This document shows, piece after piece, positions 38,960-51,031 of a stretch of 64,000 nucleotides of DNA. How positions within the stretch are numbered: position 1 is the stretch's first letter; each line of letters starts with the position of its first letter. Source of the stretch: Octopus sinensis (lineage: Eukaryota); NCBI RefSeq assembly GCF_006345805.1, contig NC_042997.1, positions 182,714,001 through 182,778,000 of the forward strand, given 5' to 3'. The notes below the pieces were generated by a model, which was given only the letters and a program-made list of their open reading frames with translations, was not told the origin of the DNA and made no database searches. The position numbers and the translations under genes were made by a program.

Positions 38960-39600
38960 TCATCATCATCATCGTTTAATGTCCCCTTTCCATGCTGGCA
39001 TGAGTTGGACAATTTGACTGAGGGCTGGCAAGCAAGATGGCTGCACCAGGCTCCAATCTGATCTGGCAGAGTTTCTACAGCTGGATACCCTTCCTAATGC
39101 CAACCACTCCGAGAGTGTAGTGGGTGCTTTTATGTGCTACCAGCATGAGGGCTAGTCAGGCAGTGCTGGTGACAGCAATGCTCAAATGGTGTTTTTTATG
39201 TGCCACCTGCACAGGAGCCAGTCCAACAGCACTAGCAACGACCTCGCTTGAATGCTTTTCATGTGCCTGCGTCACAAGTGCCAGTAAGGTGATGCTAGTA
39301 ACAATCACACTCGAATAGTGCTTTTTATGTGCCACCGACATGGGAGCCAGTCAGCATCTCTGGCAACGATCACGCTTGGATGGTGCTTTTAACATTCCAG
39401 TGGCACAGGTGCCAGTCATGCGGTGCTGTCATCGACCATGTCAGTGAATTTGATTTTAATTGTGATTTCACTTGCCTCAACAGGTCTTCACAAGCAAAGT
39501 TTAGTGTCCAACGAAAGAAAGATATGCATAAGTAGGCATGGGTTATGGTATCACTTGGCTTGCTGGGTCTTCTCAAGCACAGCATATTTCCAAATGATTT
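38960..39600 (-). mobile_element. Family B (RTE 3'-tail) copy, tail-to-tail with the preceding RTE
   Basis: Same block; separated from the + strand RTE tail by a (TA)n/(CATA)n microsatellite. Confidence 0.8.
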
Positions 39601-39689
39601 ATAATAATATATATGTGTGTGTGTGCATGTGTGTGCACGCACACCCATGCATATAGATATATATATGCATATGTATATCCATAACATTG

Positions 39690-40340
39690 TCTTGGTGAGG
39701 CCTAATGTTCGACGGTTGTGCTTCACCACCTCATCCCAGGTCTTCCTGGGTCTACCGCTTCCACAGATTCCCTCAACTGCTAGGGTGTGACACTTTTTCA
39801 CACAGCTGTCCTCATCCATTCGCACCACATGACCATATGAGCGCAGTCATCTCTCTTGCACACCACATCTGATGCTTCTTAGGTCCAATTTTTCTCTCAA
39901 GGTACTTACACTCTGTCGAGTATGCACATTGACATTAATCATCCAGCAGAGCATACTAGCTTCATTCCTTGCAAGCTTATGCATGTTCTCAACAGTCACA
40001 GCCCATGTTTCACTGCCATGTAGCATGGCTGTTCACACACATGCGTCATACAGTCTACCTTTTACTCTGAGCGAAAGGCCCTTTGTCACCAGCAGAGGTA
40101 AGAGCTCTCTGAACTTTGTCCGGGCTATTCTTATTCTAGCAGCTACACTTTCAGAGCATCCATCCCCGCACCTAGGTAATAGAAGCTGTCAACTATTTCT
40201 AGTTTTTCTCCATGGAATGTGTCAGAAGTTGTTCTCTGCACATTTCCAGTGTTTATTGTTTCTGAGCATCTGTCACATACAAAAATTATCTTCCCAGTTA
40301 GCCTTCCTTTGATATTGCTGCACCTTTTATGTGTCCAAAC
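39690..40340 (-). mobile_element. RTE LINE 3' fragment
   Basis: Track ORFs: WTHKRCSNIKGRL..CDRC..GEKLEIVDSFYYLG and GSGRPRKTWDEVV. Confidence 0.85.
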
Positions 40341-41269
40341 ATACACACACATACATATACAAACATGTTTATAAAAACATAGTAAAACTAATGGAAATGA
40401 AAATAATATACATATATATATATACACACACATTGTGAAAGTAATTGAAATTGAAACCATATAACAGTGAAAGTATATAACATTACAATAGAAGTGTTAT
40501 CGTTTCACTTTTGACATGTAATACCAAAACAGTGTAAGAGATAAGAGATTGTTCCGGGCTTGCTTTAGGCAAGAAGTTGAAAATTTCTTCAGCCCATGAT
40601 ACTACATTAACCCTAAGTAAGGCATGTGTAAAATTTAAATGAAATCGGTCAGGTAAATCTCGAGTTTTAGTGATGCACACATACAGACACAAACACACAC
40701 ATTCTTAGTTTTATATTTATAGATGGTATTTAATATACTTGTAGTTTGTCTGCGTTATTCATATACATGTCGCTGACAACTTTGAGTCATTTGCCTTAGC
40801 TTATTGTAACTTCATTTATGCAAATTACCTAAGCTATAAATGTCTTACATTTTTTTTGTGTATGTCTATTCCCTTGGTTGCTGAAGATACAGTGGGACTA
40901 TTGTCATGCTGATGATGCCTATTGTACAAGAAACACATGTCCATGACTGTCTTATTTCTAGATAAGCCTGTGCTTTTCTTAAATGGCATATCAGAGAGAA
41001 TGCTTGATACTTCAGATGATTTCCCTTTCTCATATGGTAATTGTGACCCCCTCCTATAGGAGCAGAGAAAATTTCAATAAATAAAGAATATATATTTTAT
41101 GGTATTTGATATACCTGTATTTGTCTATGTTGTTCATATACCTGCCACTTGCCATGCTGAGGTATTTCTCTTAGCTCAACCCCCTTCAGGTTGATGGCCC
41201 TGCTAGATTTGTAGAAAATGAGTGGGTAGACACTCCATATGATGTACCTGGTGTAAGCTATAGACACAT

Positions 41270-42385
41270 AAAAGGTGCAGCAATATCAAAGGAAGGCTAA
41301 CCAGGAAAATAGTTTTTGTGTGTAGCAGATGCACTGGGGCAATAAACACTGAAGATGTACAGAAAACAGATTCCATCACTTGCTAGTGGGAGAAACTAGA
41401 AGTAGTTAATGGCTTCCGCTACCTAGTCTGTAGTGGGGGAAGTTGCTCTGAGAGTGTAATGACTAGAGTAAGAATAGCCTGGGCAAAGTTCAGGGAGCTC
41501 CTACCTCTGCTGGCAATTAAGAGCCTCTTGCTCAGGGTGAAAGGCAGACTGTATGATGCATGTGTGCAGTGAAACATGGGCTATGAATGCTGAGGACATG
41601 TATAGGCTTGAAAGAAATGATGCTAAATGTCAGTGTGCATACATGATAGAGAGTAAGCACCCTGAGAGAAAAGTTGGGCATAAAAAGCATCAAATGTGGT
41701 GTGCAAGAAAGGCAACTGCGCTGGTATGGCCATATGTATCATATGAAGACAGCTGTGTGAGGAAGTGCCACTCCCTAACTGTAGAAGGAACCTGTGGAAG
41801 AGGTAGACCCAGGAAGACATAGGTTAAGGTGGGGAAGCATGACCTTTGAACATTGGGCTTCACAGAGGCAATGACAGGAGACTGGGACCTTTGGAGATAT
41901 GCTGTGATTGAGAAGACCCAGCAATTAAAGTAAGATCGCAGCTACGCATATCCAACCTTGATGCATTGGGCGATATCATATGCTTGAGAAGACTTGTTGA
42001 GTCACGTAATACATCAACATCAAAATAAAAATTAAATGGAAATTGTAGTTGTGATACCCGTGCCGGTGGCACATAAAAAGCACCATCCGAATGTGGCTGA
42101 TATCAGCGAAGCCTTGACTGGCTTCCGTGCCGGTGGTACGTAAAAAGCACCAACCGATCGTGGCCGTTGCCAGCCTCCCCTGGCACCTGTGCCGGTGGCA
42201 CATAAAAAGCACCCACTACACTCACGGAGTGGTTGGCATTAGGAAGGGCATCCAGCTGTAGAACCACTGCCAGATCAGACTGGAGCCTGGTACAGCCTCC
42301 TGGTTTCCCAGACCCCGGTCAAACCGTCCAACCCATGCTAGCATGGAAAACGCACATTAAACGATAATGATGATGATGATGATAT
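41270..42385 (+). mobile_element. RTE LINE 3' fragment with family B tail
   Basis: GEKLEVVNGFRYL, EGTCGRGRPRKT, tail ending (GAT)n. Confidence 0.8.
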
Positions 42386-42437
42386 ATATATATATAAATC
42401 ATCATCATCATCAGTTGTTCATGCTGGTATGGGTTGG

Positions 42438-42616
42438 GATAAAGATAGTTATGGCTGGTCTATGAGGTTACCCAGGGTTTCATGTCTATAAAGCACTTAA
42501 CTTTACATTGTCTCTTCAGACAGTCATTAGGGTCTGAGAGAGATGCTGTAAAGCCAAGCGCTTTATGGACATGAAACCATGGGTAACTCCATAGAGCACC
42601 CATAACCATCTTTATC
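42438..42616. repeat. Imperfect inverted repeat, ~85-bp arms, 10-nt loop
   Basis: GATAAAGATAGTTATGG...CTTCAGAC / GTCTGAGAG...CATAACCATCTTTATC. Confidence 0.8.
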
Positions 42617-42832
42617 TAATTACTCTACTGTTTTATCTAATTACTCTACTGTTCTGTAACTTAGAATGTGCTTCTCTTTTGGATTTATGATTTACTGATA
42701 TGTGTGTATGTGTGCATCTGTATATCCATAACAAAACAAGAAATTGGAAAATTTATTGCTATTATTTATTCACTATTGCACATGTTTCATTTGCTAATAA
42801 GAATTATTATAGAGTTTTACATGTTAGATAAG

Positions 42833-43080
42833 TGGAGGCGTGTGGCTTAGTGGTTAGGGTGTCAGCATCATGATCGTAAGATTGTGGTTTCGATTCCTGG
42901 ACTGGGCAAAGCGTTGTTCTTGAGCAAAACACTTCATTTGACATTACTCCAGTCCACTCAGCTGGCAAAAATGAGCAACGCTGTGATGGACTGGCGTCCC
43001 ATCCAGCTGGGGAACACACATGCCATTGAAACCGGGCCCATGAGCTTGGCTAGGCTTTAAAAGGGCGCATTTATTATTTT
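42833..43080 (+). mobile_element. tRNA-derived SINE
   Basis: TGGAGGCGTGTGGCTTAGTGGTTAGGG..GGTTTCGATTCC head, TTCTTGAGCAAAACACTT core-like block. Confidence 0.75.
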
Positions 43081-43699
43081 TTTTACATGTTAGATAGACA
43101 TGTAAGGAACTTCCTATTAGAAATTCTTCAGACAAAGAAATTAAATAATATAAATTTTATAGTTAGCTGAAGTATTTATATTTAGAAATCAGGAGCCATA
43201 TAGACAGTTATGAGTGAGGAAGGAAGAGCAAATTTGATATTACAGAAGAGAAAAGAGAGGGAGTCACACACATTTATACATGTAATAGGGATGTATACAA
43301 AACCATACGCATGCAGGCATGGCTGTGTGGTAAGAAGATTGCTTCCCAACCCCATGGTTCTGGGTTCAGTCCCACTGTATGGCACCTTTGCAAATGTCTT
43401 TTATTATACCCTCGGGCTGCAAGATGTCACGCAGTAGGACTGAACTCAAAACCACGTGATTGAGTAGCAAACCTCTTACTACATAATCACACCTGCACCT
43501 ATATAATATAAAACACACACACATACACACCCGCCCCCATACATTAACGTTAATCTTGAACACATTAAAATATTTTTTAAGTGACTGAGTACTATGTATC
43601 TCCTGCACTAGTCTTACGGCTGTGTATGTGTGGCTAGAGAAGGAGACATACAGACAGATTATATCTCCTGTAATAGAAACCATAAATCACTTCAGTTTT

Positions 43700-44710
43700 T
43701 ATATTTTCATTTGTTTTATAATCGAACTTATTGTAATAATCATTTATATTTCTTAATAAGACACATGTATCTTCATATTGATATTACATCACGTACATGA
43801 CATTTTCACTTTCGGAAGCCGAGCTATTGTGATATTAGGAAAATGTCAACCTTTATTACTTTTGATATCGGAATATTCATTAGTGGATGGAAATTATTTT
43901 CAATGTAAAAGATTTAGTAAAATCTCAACTTGCTTTAGATGAGCAATTTGCGAGCGATATTTGGTTATTATTCATTTTATCAGAAATTACGGGGTTCATT
44001 ATCGTGACTTTGATGCTGTTTGGAATTAATTGCAATATTGGTGTGTTGAAATTAACCCTAAGTTCTCCGCGTACCTTCATCATTATTCGTAATACTTCGA
44101 TATTCTATCCCCTCACTCCATTTTTAGAAAAAAATAATTTATAACCAATTTAAATTTTTGGTATTATTTTAAAATCTAAACGGCAGCGAGAAATAGAAAA
44201 TACTGAGAGAAAAAAAAAATTAAAATCATAGGTGGAAATTAAAAAAAAAACAAGCAATAGGAATATAAACCATCGTTGATAATCAACTGTCATTTATGAA
44301 CCAACAGGATCAATTTCTGTTTATTAATATTAATTAAAATATAAAGATATATATATATTAAAGATGTATAAATAGCTAATTCATAATTTCGTAATGAAAA
44401 GGGACATTTTCGTTTTCTTTTTTTTTCTTCTTCAAACAATCTTTGATCTGGTTGAGAAAAATTTTAGAATGCTATCAATTTAAAAGACTACATTAAGATT
44501 CTTAACCATTTTATTATTATGAAGCAAGCGACACGGACAGCTGTATTCGTCTTAATTTTCTAGCGGTAGGAAAGAGAAAGTACGCTGCCTCTGTATACAA
44601 TACTAAATTATTAGCAGGTGTAGGAGTAACGCCCAATCTATGAAAATCGAAATCACCTGTATACGTTACAATGGATGAATGGTACGAGAATTATTTTAAC
44701 AGACTGCTTT

Positions 44711-44748
<38 letters not shown>

Positions 44749-46200
44749 AACGTTGTGCCATTTGTGTAAATATATATATATATACGGTTATAAATACACG
44801 CTAAGAGAAAGATTGCTTCATCATACTAACCTCCATTCTATCAACAGAATATTTTAGCAGACATAATCAGATGTTTGTTGTTTTCTTTCTTTCACACCCT
44901 CTTCTTTTCACTTTACATTTGCTTCTCGATGGCTCTCCATTTAGACAAGCACTCACGCATACCGTTCTTACAAAGTTAGCTCCCTTGGTATTTCCGTATC
45001 ACAACAGCTTGTTGACATATGTACATGTTCGTGTATACATACATACCTAAATATGTGTGTGTATGTATGTGTACATACATACCTAAATATGTGTGTGTGT
45101 ATATGTGTGTATAGTTGTAGGCGTGTGACTGTGTGTGTGTTGGGATATGCTCTTTAGAATTTTTTTTTTTCGTTAATATTAACTAATTTTAATTTATATT
45201 AATTGATATACGTATCCAAACATTAAAATCTGAAAGATCAAAATAATAATTATGTGCTGACTAAAGGCGTAAACAAATCGTGCATCGTCTGCTGAATAAA
45301 CGTCAAACCGACAAGGGTGCCTCTGTTGTTATGGTAAGGGGAACCATTATAGTTCCGAGGTCGAATGCAAATGAATATGAATATATTGGGGCGCATAATT
45401 TCAGTGAAAAATAAAGAAATAATCTCTACTGAGAAAAATAACCTTGTTTTAAAAATTATACAAATTCATGTGTATGTAACTCATATTAAATTACTTGACG
45501 TCTGAACTGTTTATTTTTATCCATTTTTTTTTCCCGCATGAATTTTTTTTTTTTTTTTAGGAATAATTCATCAACGGTGGGTTTCGATTTGGAATGTCGC
45601 TGAAATTTCCTCCGAGAACGAGGGATCCCCCTGTCTTGTCCTACATAGTCGCTCGACCAACTAGAAATAGTGGCCAATTGTCTATAGAATCTACTCAGCC
45701 GACTTTATAACGGGAGGACACATTGGATAGCAGCTGATGTTCGATAGAGAAATGATGGAATGTTGACGATAGGAAATCGCTTGCTCATAGATTTGCTTGA
45801 TCAGGGCAAGCATGAGGAATTAATAACAAGTGAACGATGTACTAACCATTACACACACTCACTCACAAACACACACAGACAAGATAGATAGATAGATAGA
45901 TAGATAGCGAGAGAGAGAGAGAGAGAGAGAGAGTATACTGAATATATGTAGAAGAGTTTATTGGAAGCTAGTATTTCACTTCATTGTCACTCATTCCCAT
46001 TCCATTTTCTTTTTCCTCGGATTATATTTTATGGGTTTAAATGTATAAATGAAATTAGATTCATTAAAAAAAAAAACAAGAAAAACGTCAAAACGTGCGG
46101 GAGAATATATTCGTTCAGAGTTAAAGCGTTTCTCCGGAGCTACACTGAAATGGCCATTGTTTGACCGATGAAACTTTAGGGTCCTCGGTAGGTCTTAATT
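43700..46200 (-). promoter_or_regulatory. Putative promoter / first-exon region (CpG-retaining)
   Basis: CG dinucleotides become frequent from ~43.7 kb, around putative exon 1; TSS not locatable. Confidence 0.45.
45495..45539 (-). CDS. Ankyrin-CaaX gene, putative coding exon 1 (MREKKMDKNKQFRRQ; alternative ATG at 45524)
   Basis: ATG at 45539 or 45524, donor CAA|GTAATT at 45494, phase 0; reads naturally into exon 2 (KQFRRQ|ELYEYVRQL); lies in the CpG-normal region. Least certain exon. Confidence 0.6.
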
Positions 46201-46235
46201 TCATTGGCCAGTTGTTATGTTGATTGTTTGATGTA

Positions 46236-46423
46236 ATTTGATAAATGGTATTTCGTCTGCCGTTACGTTCTGAGTTCATATTCTGCCGAGGTCGACTTTG
46301 CCTTTCATCCTTTCGGGGTCGATTAAATAAGTACCAGTTATGCACTGAGGTCGATATAATCGACTTAATCCGTTTGTTTGTCCTCTCTGTGTTTAGCCCC
46401 TTGTGGGTAGTAAAGAAATAGGT
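46236..46423 (+). mobile_element. SINE family A copy, 5'-truncated
   Basis: Reverse complement of the 5308 copy from the tRNA-like region to the AAAGAAATAGGT tail. Older decayed copies near 11215-11420, 17850-18045, 27560-27820, 28130-28660, 29860-30080, 34410-34620. Confidence 0.8.
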
Positions 46424-47009
46424 TTTCATCACTAGTTTGGGTAATTACAATCTTATTAAAAATTTATTTCAGACATTTAAAAAGAAAAATTAACATTTTC
46501 AAAATTTTATGAAAAAACTTTATTTGAAATTGAATAAAATGTTGGAATGTAGCAAATTGTTTAATATTTGAAATAAGAATCAACAAAAAATAAACCATAA
46601 CTGCATTCTCCACCTACCCGACCTTCTAAAAAAAAAATTGAAAGAAAGGAAAATTCTGTAGAACTTGTTTCCCAATCTTTTTAATCATGGAAAACTCTTG
46701 AAATATATTCCGCATCTCGGAGAACACCTATGTAAAAATTATTATGTCTTTAATTTCACTCCACTTCATCCTAAAATTAAATTTCGTTTTTTATTTTTTT
46801 TTATCGCAGAAGTAATTGCTATTTTCAAGTAAGTCGAAGGATTGCATATATATACCTTTCTGCGTACCTTCAGTGCTAAAGGGACCATGCGCTTCTGGCC
46901 AGCATGTTTGAAGAGTCTTCAATTATTGTGTAGCGGTAATATTCGGCGCGAAACTGTTGGTAAAATTTCGTACCACTGATATGCCATAAGTAATAATATA
47001 TTGCTTGGT

Positions 47010-47040
<31 letters not shown>

Positions 47041-47229
47041 GATAAGAAAATGGAGAAATACATCTAAATCAAATATCAATTACCAGTTGGGTACTTCACT
47101 AGCAGTATATTGGATATATGTTATCCCATGGAGGATTGCATTTACAACCCCATCTCAATTTGTACATATATATATATATATATATATGCATATATACATA
47201 CATGTATGTACATACCTACGTATATATGT

Positions 47230-47836
47230 ACGTATACATGCATATATGGGTATAGGACGTAAAAAAAACGTGAACAAAATAAAAACGAGGACATAAAAAA
47301 CAAAATCATGGAAAACGAACTTTTTTTCAAACAACGAAAGAAACAAATAGAGAAACGAGACAGGCAATATAAAGAACGATCCCTTCATCAGTTGTCCCCT
47401 GTTTTATCTTCTCCGCGTATTGAACCTTAGGACAAGACGCGACTCCGTTAAAACAGTCGTTTCCGCAAAGCAAATTAAATAAAATTTGGGATTTACGGAG
47501 GGTCAACGTGGTAACAAAAACAGGACAGTAAGAAGAAAACAGTAAAAACAAACGGTGAGGGCTGTTAAGCCATAACGAGGTGAAGTGCTGAACGCTGGAG
47601 AAACGAGCTTTGACAGGAGACAGGCAAAAGTGTGTCTTGTCTTTTTTTAAGGCAAGGGGAAAAAAGAAATATAGCCGCTAGTCACGTGTGAACAACGAGA
47701 GTGTCAAGGAGGAAGAGTGAGGGGGAGAAAACAGAAAGAAAGAAGAATAAGAGAGGGAGAGTAGAGATAGTTGTAGAGTGCGCATCAGAATTATTCAGAT
47801 AAAACTTACTTGCGTGGCCTTCGCTCATATAATAAT

Positions 47837-47907
<71 letters not shown>

Positions 47908-48772
47908 CGTCTCTGTGGTGTTTCATGTTCTTGTCCATGTCTGTAATTATTTTTACTGTTTACCTATATAATCGGCGGCTACGTATCCACAATTGACCTT
48001 ATACGATAAGTATATTTTTTCTCTAGCATTGATACGACTCTTAATCTGTCTCTTTTTCTCTCTCTCTCTCCTCCCTTATTCCCCTTCCTTTCTTTCCCTC
48101 TCCATCCGTCTCCCCCCCCCCCTTCTACGTTTCTCTATCTCTCTCACCTCCAGCCCCCTCGATCTGTCTCTTTCTTCTCCTCCCTCGTCCACCTTCTCTC
48201 TCTTTTCATCTGTCCCTTTCTCCTGTCTTCTGTTCTCACGTGACAGCTAGCCGCCGTTGAGCGCTCTTTTCGTTTTCAGCAGCCGCAGAAGCAACACGTA
48301 TTTGTTCGTCTCCCCGTGGCCATTAGGCACAACTTCACAAGCCAGCCCCATACTCAACTCGTCCTGTCGAAAGACCCTTGTCCCACGTCCTGGTTTTGTT
48401 TTGTTGTTTATTCTTTATTTTTATTTTTACCGTTATTGTTTTTACGTTTTTGTATTCTTATTGGTGTCACGTATTCTGTTTTTGTTTATGTACTTCGTTC
48501 GTTTTCCGTCCTCGCGTTGTATACATTCGAAGCTTTCTTCCAGGGGATCTAATGCGCTTGGCTTAGATTCCCTTGGCTGGCTGGCCATATCGGAGCAATC
48601 TCAAGATTAATCAGCCGAAATTGCTAAGATGATCTGGTTCTTGACTGATGACTGAGGGCTTCGAATGTCCCGTCCTGTGGTTCTTGTGTCGTCCTGTGTG
48701 GTTTCATGTTCTTGTCCATGTCTGTAATTATTTTTACTGTTTACCTATATATATATATATATATATATATAT

Positions 48773-48806
<34 letters not shown>

Positions 48807-49140
48807 TTTATACATAAATATATATATGCATATGTACAAACATGTATGTATATATACATACATGCATATATACATACATATATTTAATACCTACATATAT
48901 ATGTATATATACATACATATATGGGTATAGGACCTTCAAAAACCGTGAACAAAATGAAAAACGAGAACATAAAAAGCAGAAACATGGAAAATGAACTTTT
49001 TTTCGAACAGTGAAAGAAACAAATAGAGAAATGAGACAGGCAACTTAAAGAACAGTCCCTTCATCTGTTATCCCCTGTTTTATCTACTCCGCGTTTCGAA
49101 CGTTGGGACAAGACGCGACTTCGTAAAACAGTCCTTTGAA
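47230..49140. repeat. Mosaic of duplicated modules (47230-47480 ~ 48915-49140; 47905-47970 ~ 48695-48760) with (TA)n and polypurine tracts
   Basis: Direct sequence similarity between the listed blocks. Confidence 0.75.
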
Positions 49141-49230
49141 CAAGGTAATGTAATCCGATGGTTAAAAGAATTCCACAAATTAGGTACCCCAAAGTCAGTC
49201 AGAAGGACGGGGTCGTGTGAGCGTGCGGTA

Positions 49231-49565
49231 TATAGTAAATCCCAAGAAAGAAGAACAAGCACAAAAGAACAAAAACGCGAGGACGTGGTACATGTAAAGT
49301 ATTAGCAGACACTCAGTGAAGGAAAGAAAGATGGTTTAACGTTTCGAGCAAAGCTGTTCTTCAGAAACAGAGGAAAGTTCAATAATCATCGTTGGCGATT
49401 TTCTTCCTCCGTCTTCCTTTCTCTTGGACTTTCCTCTGTTTCTGAAGAAGAGTGTTGCTCGAAACGTTAAACCATCTTTTTTTCTTCTATGAGCATCTGC
49501 TAATACTTTACATGTACCACGCCCTCGCGTTGTTTTTTGTGTGTTTCTTCTTCTTCTTATAGATT

Positions 49566-49572
<7 letters not shown>
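49231..49572. mobile_element. Fold-back element (~150-bp arms), probably Penelope-like terminal-repeat derived
   Basis: Arms 49231-49382 and 49424-49572 are reverse complements; each carries a minimal hammerhead-like motif. Confidence 0.7.
49438..49472 (+). ncRNA. Minimal hammerhead-ribozyme-like motif (mirror copy on - strand at 49334-49368)
   Basis: GUUU-CUGAAGA-A-GAG-UGUUG-CUC-GAAAC-GUU-AAAC: core CUGANGA and GAAA, 3-bp stem II, 4-bp stem I, palindromic ACGU stem III. Confidence 0.55.
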
Positions 49573-49625
<53 letters not shown>

Positions 49626-50663
49626 GTAATATTCCTGATGATTTGGGATGGCTATTCCTTTAAATTCGTTTAGCGTAAAACAATTTTCATTAATTATGTA
49701 TCTCAATTATGTAATAATAGAATTATAGAATTAATTATGTCTATGAAATTTATGCTTTACTGCATTTACTCTAAATATGCGTTGCTCTTAAGGATCGTTT
49801 AGCCAATTATGTGTATACATGCAAACTTCTACTGAATTCATTCCCATTGATTTGGCTATCCCCCAGTCGAAATATAGTTTAGAGAGTTCTTTGACCCAGA
49901 TTTTGAGGTTGTTCGAGGTTGGTTACAGATCAGCCATAGTAGACAAGAAGAACAACTTTTCCTAGCCAGTTCTCCACATTTCCCTCTAGGATTACATTTT
50001 ATTAGATATGTCTGTCAAAGAAAATGTCGTGCAGAAAAGGAAATCGCCGGATAAATCGCTTAATAAGTGAGATGTGGGAAACGTGTGAATATAGCAGTGA
50101 CTGACGTGAATTTAATTACCAGCAGGTTAGGTTTCCCAATCGCAAAAAACCACGAGTAAAGCCTATGCTTGCATGTAAAAGTCCCTATGCTTGCATGTAA
50201 GAAACAATTTGCATGAAAAATGATTGTCTATTTTTGGTGGGTGATATGTAACAATAGGCTTTTCTTTCCATCTGAGGCTTTTCTTTCCATTTTTTAATCG
50301 ATATTCCCTAAAGTTATGAGAAATCTCTTCAGTAGAACACGGCATGTTCTTGTCCATCTGTAGATTATCTTAAATACATACATACATACATACATACATA
50401 CATACATACATACATACATACATACAAAAATACATACATACATACACGCACATAGATAGACAGACAGGAAAGAAAACAAATCAGGAAAAATTATCTGTAA
50501 AATATTTAATTAGATCATTTTACACGTAGTTCCTTTTAAAAAATGATTATCAGTTATAAATGATATAATTGTAATCGCGCCGACAACACTATCACTAAAT
50601 CCAGTAAAATTACGAATAAAAGTTACGCGTTTCTGTAGATTTGACAATGCAATTTACAGTATA

Positions 50664-51031
50664 CTAGCAGTATCGCCCGGCGTTGCTCAGGTTTGTAAGG
50701 GAAATAACTATATAAGTATTTTTAGAGAGTTATAGCGGAAAAAAAATGATGGTAAATTTTTTTTGAGAGTTAAAAAAGGTCGAGTTGCGTCCCCTAGACA
50801 GTCTGTGGTTTGTGTTTCTGATTCTCGACCCCATGTCGAATTTATCGATTTTTTTTCAGAAGTGGGGGAACTTTTCAAAATTTTCGCTGCGTTAGTTTTG
50901 AATTATGACATTGGGCTATGTGTGTGTCAAGTTTCATCAGAATCGGTTGAAAGCAGTGGTCAGGATGAGGGTACAACCAAACAGACACACAGAAACACAC
51001 ACAGACAAACTGCCGTTTATATAGAGAGAGA
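50664..51031 (-). mobile_element. Non-autonomous Helitron
   Basis: Minus strand: A|TC 5' end, subterminal GC hairpin (CCTGAGCAACGCCGGG), CTAG|T 3' end. Confidence 0.7.

Larger units (their letters stand above)
4737..45539 (-). other. Gene span: 19-coding-exon gene for an uncharacterised ~739-aa ankyrin-repeat protein with C-terminal CaaX motif
   Basis: 19 exons found by hand, all with GT-AG intron boundaries and lengths that are multiples of 3, join into one stop-free frame with ankyrin-like motifs (GATPLYYAL, GQPVLHKAV, YRTALHYA, GRSPL) ending CSIL-stop. Confidence 0.9.

Noticed and set aside
43618-43667. Candidate cassette/poison exon in intron 1 (ttacag|GAG...GCC|GTAAGA)
   Set aside because: 50 nt with an immediate stop in phase 0; splice-like sites alone are not enough evidence without RNA data.
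48990-49110. Permuted (type II) hammerhead from GAAAC...CTGATGA-like motifs on the minus strand
   Set aside because: Stems I and II cannot be formed convincingly.
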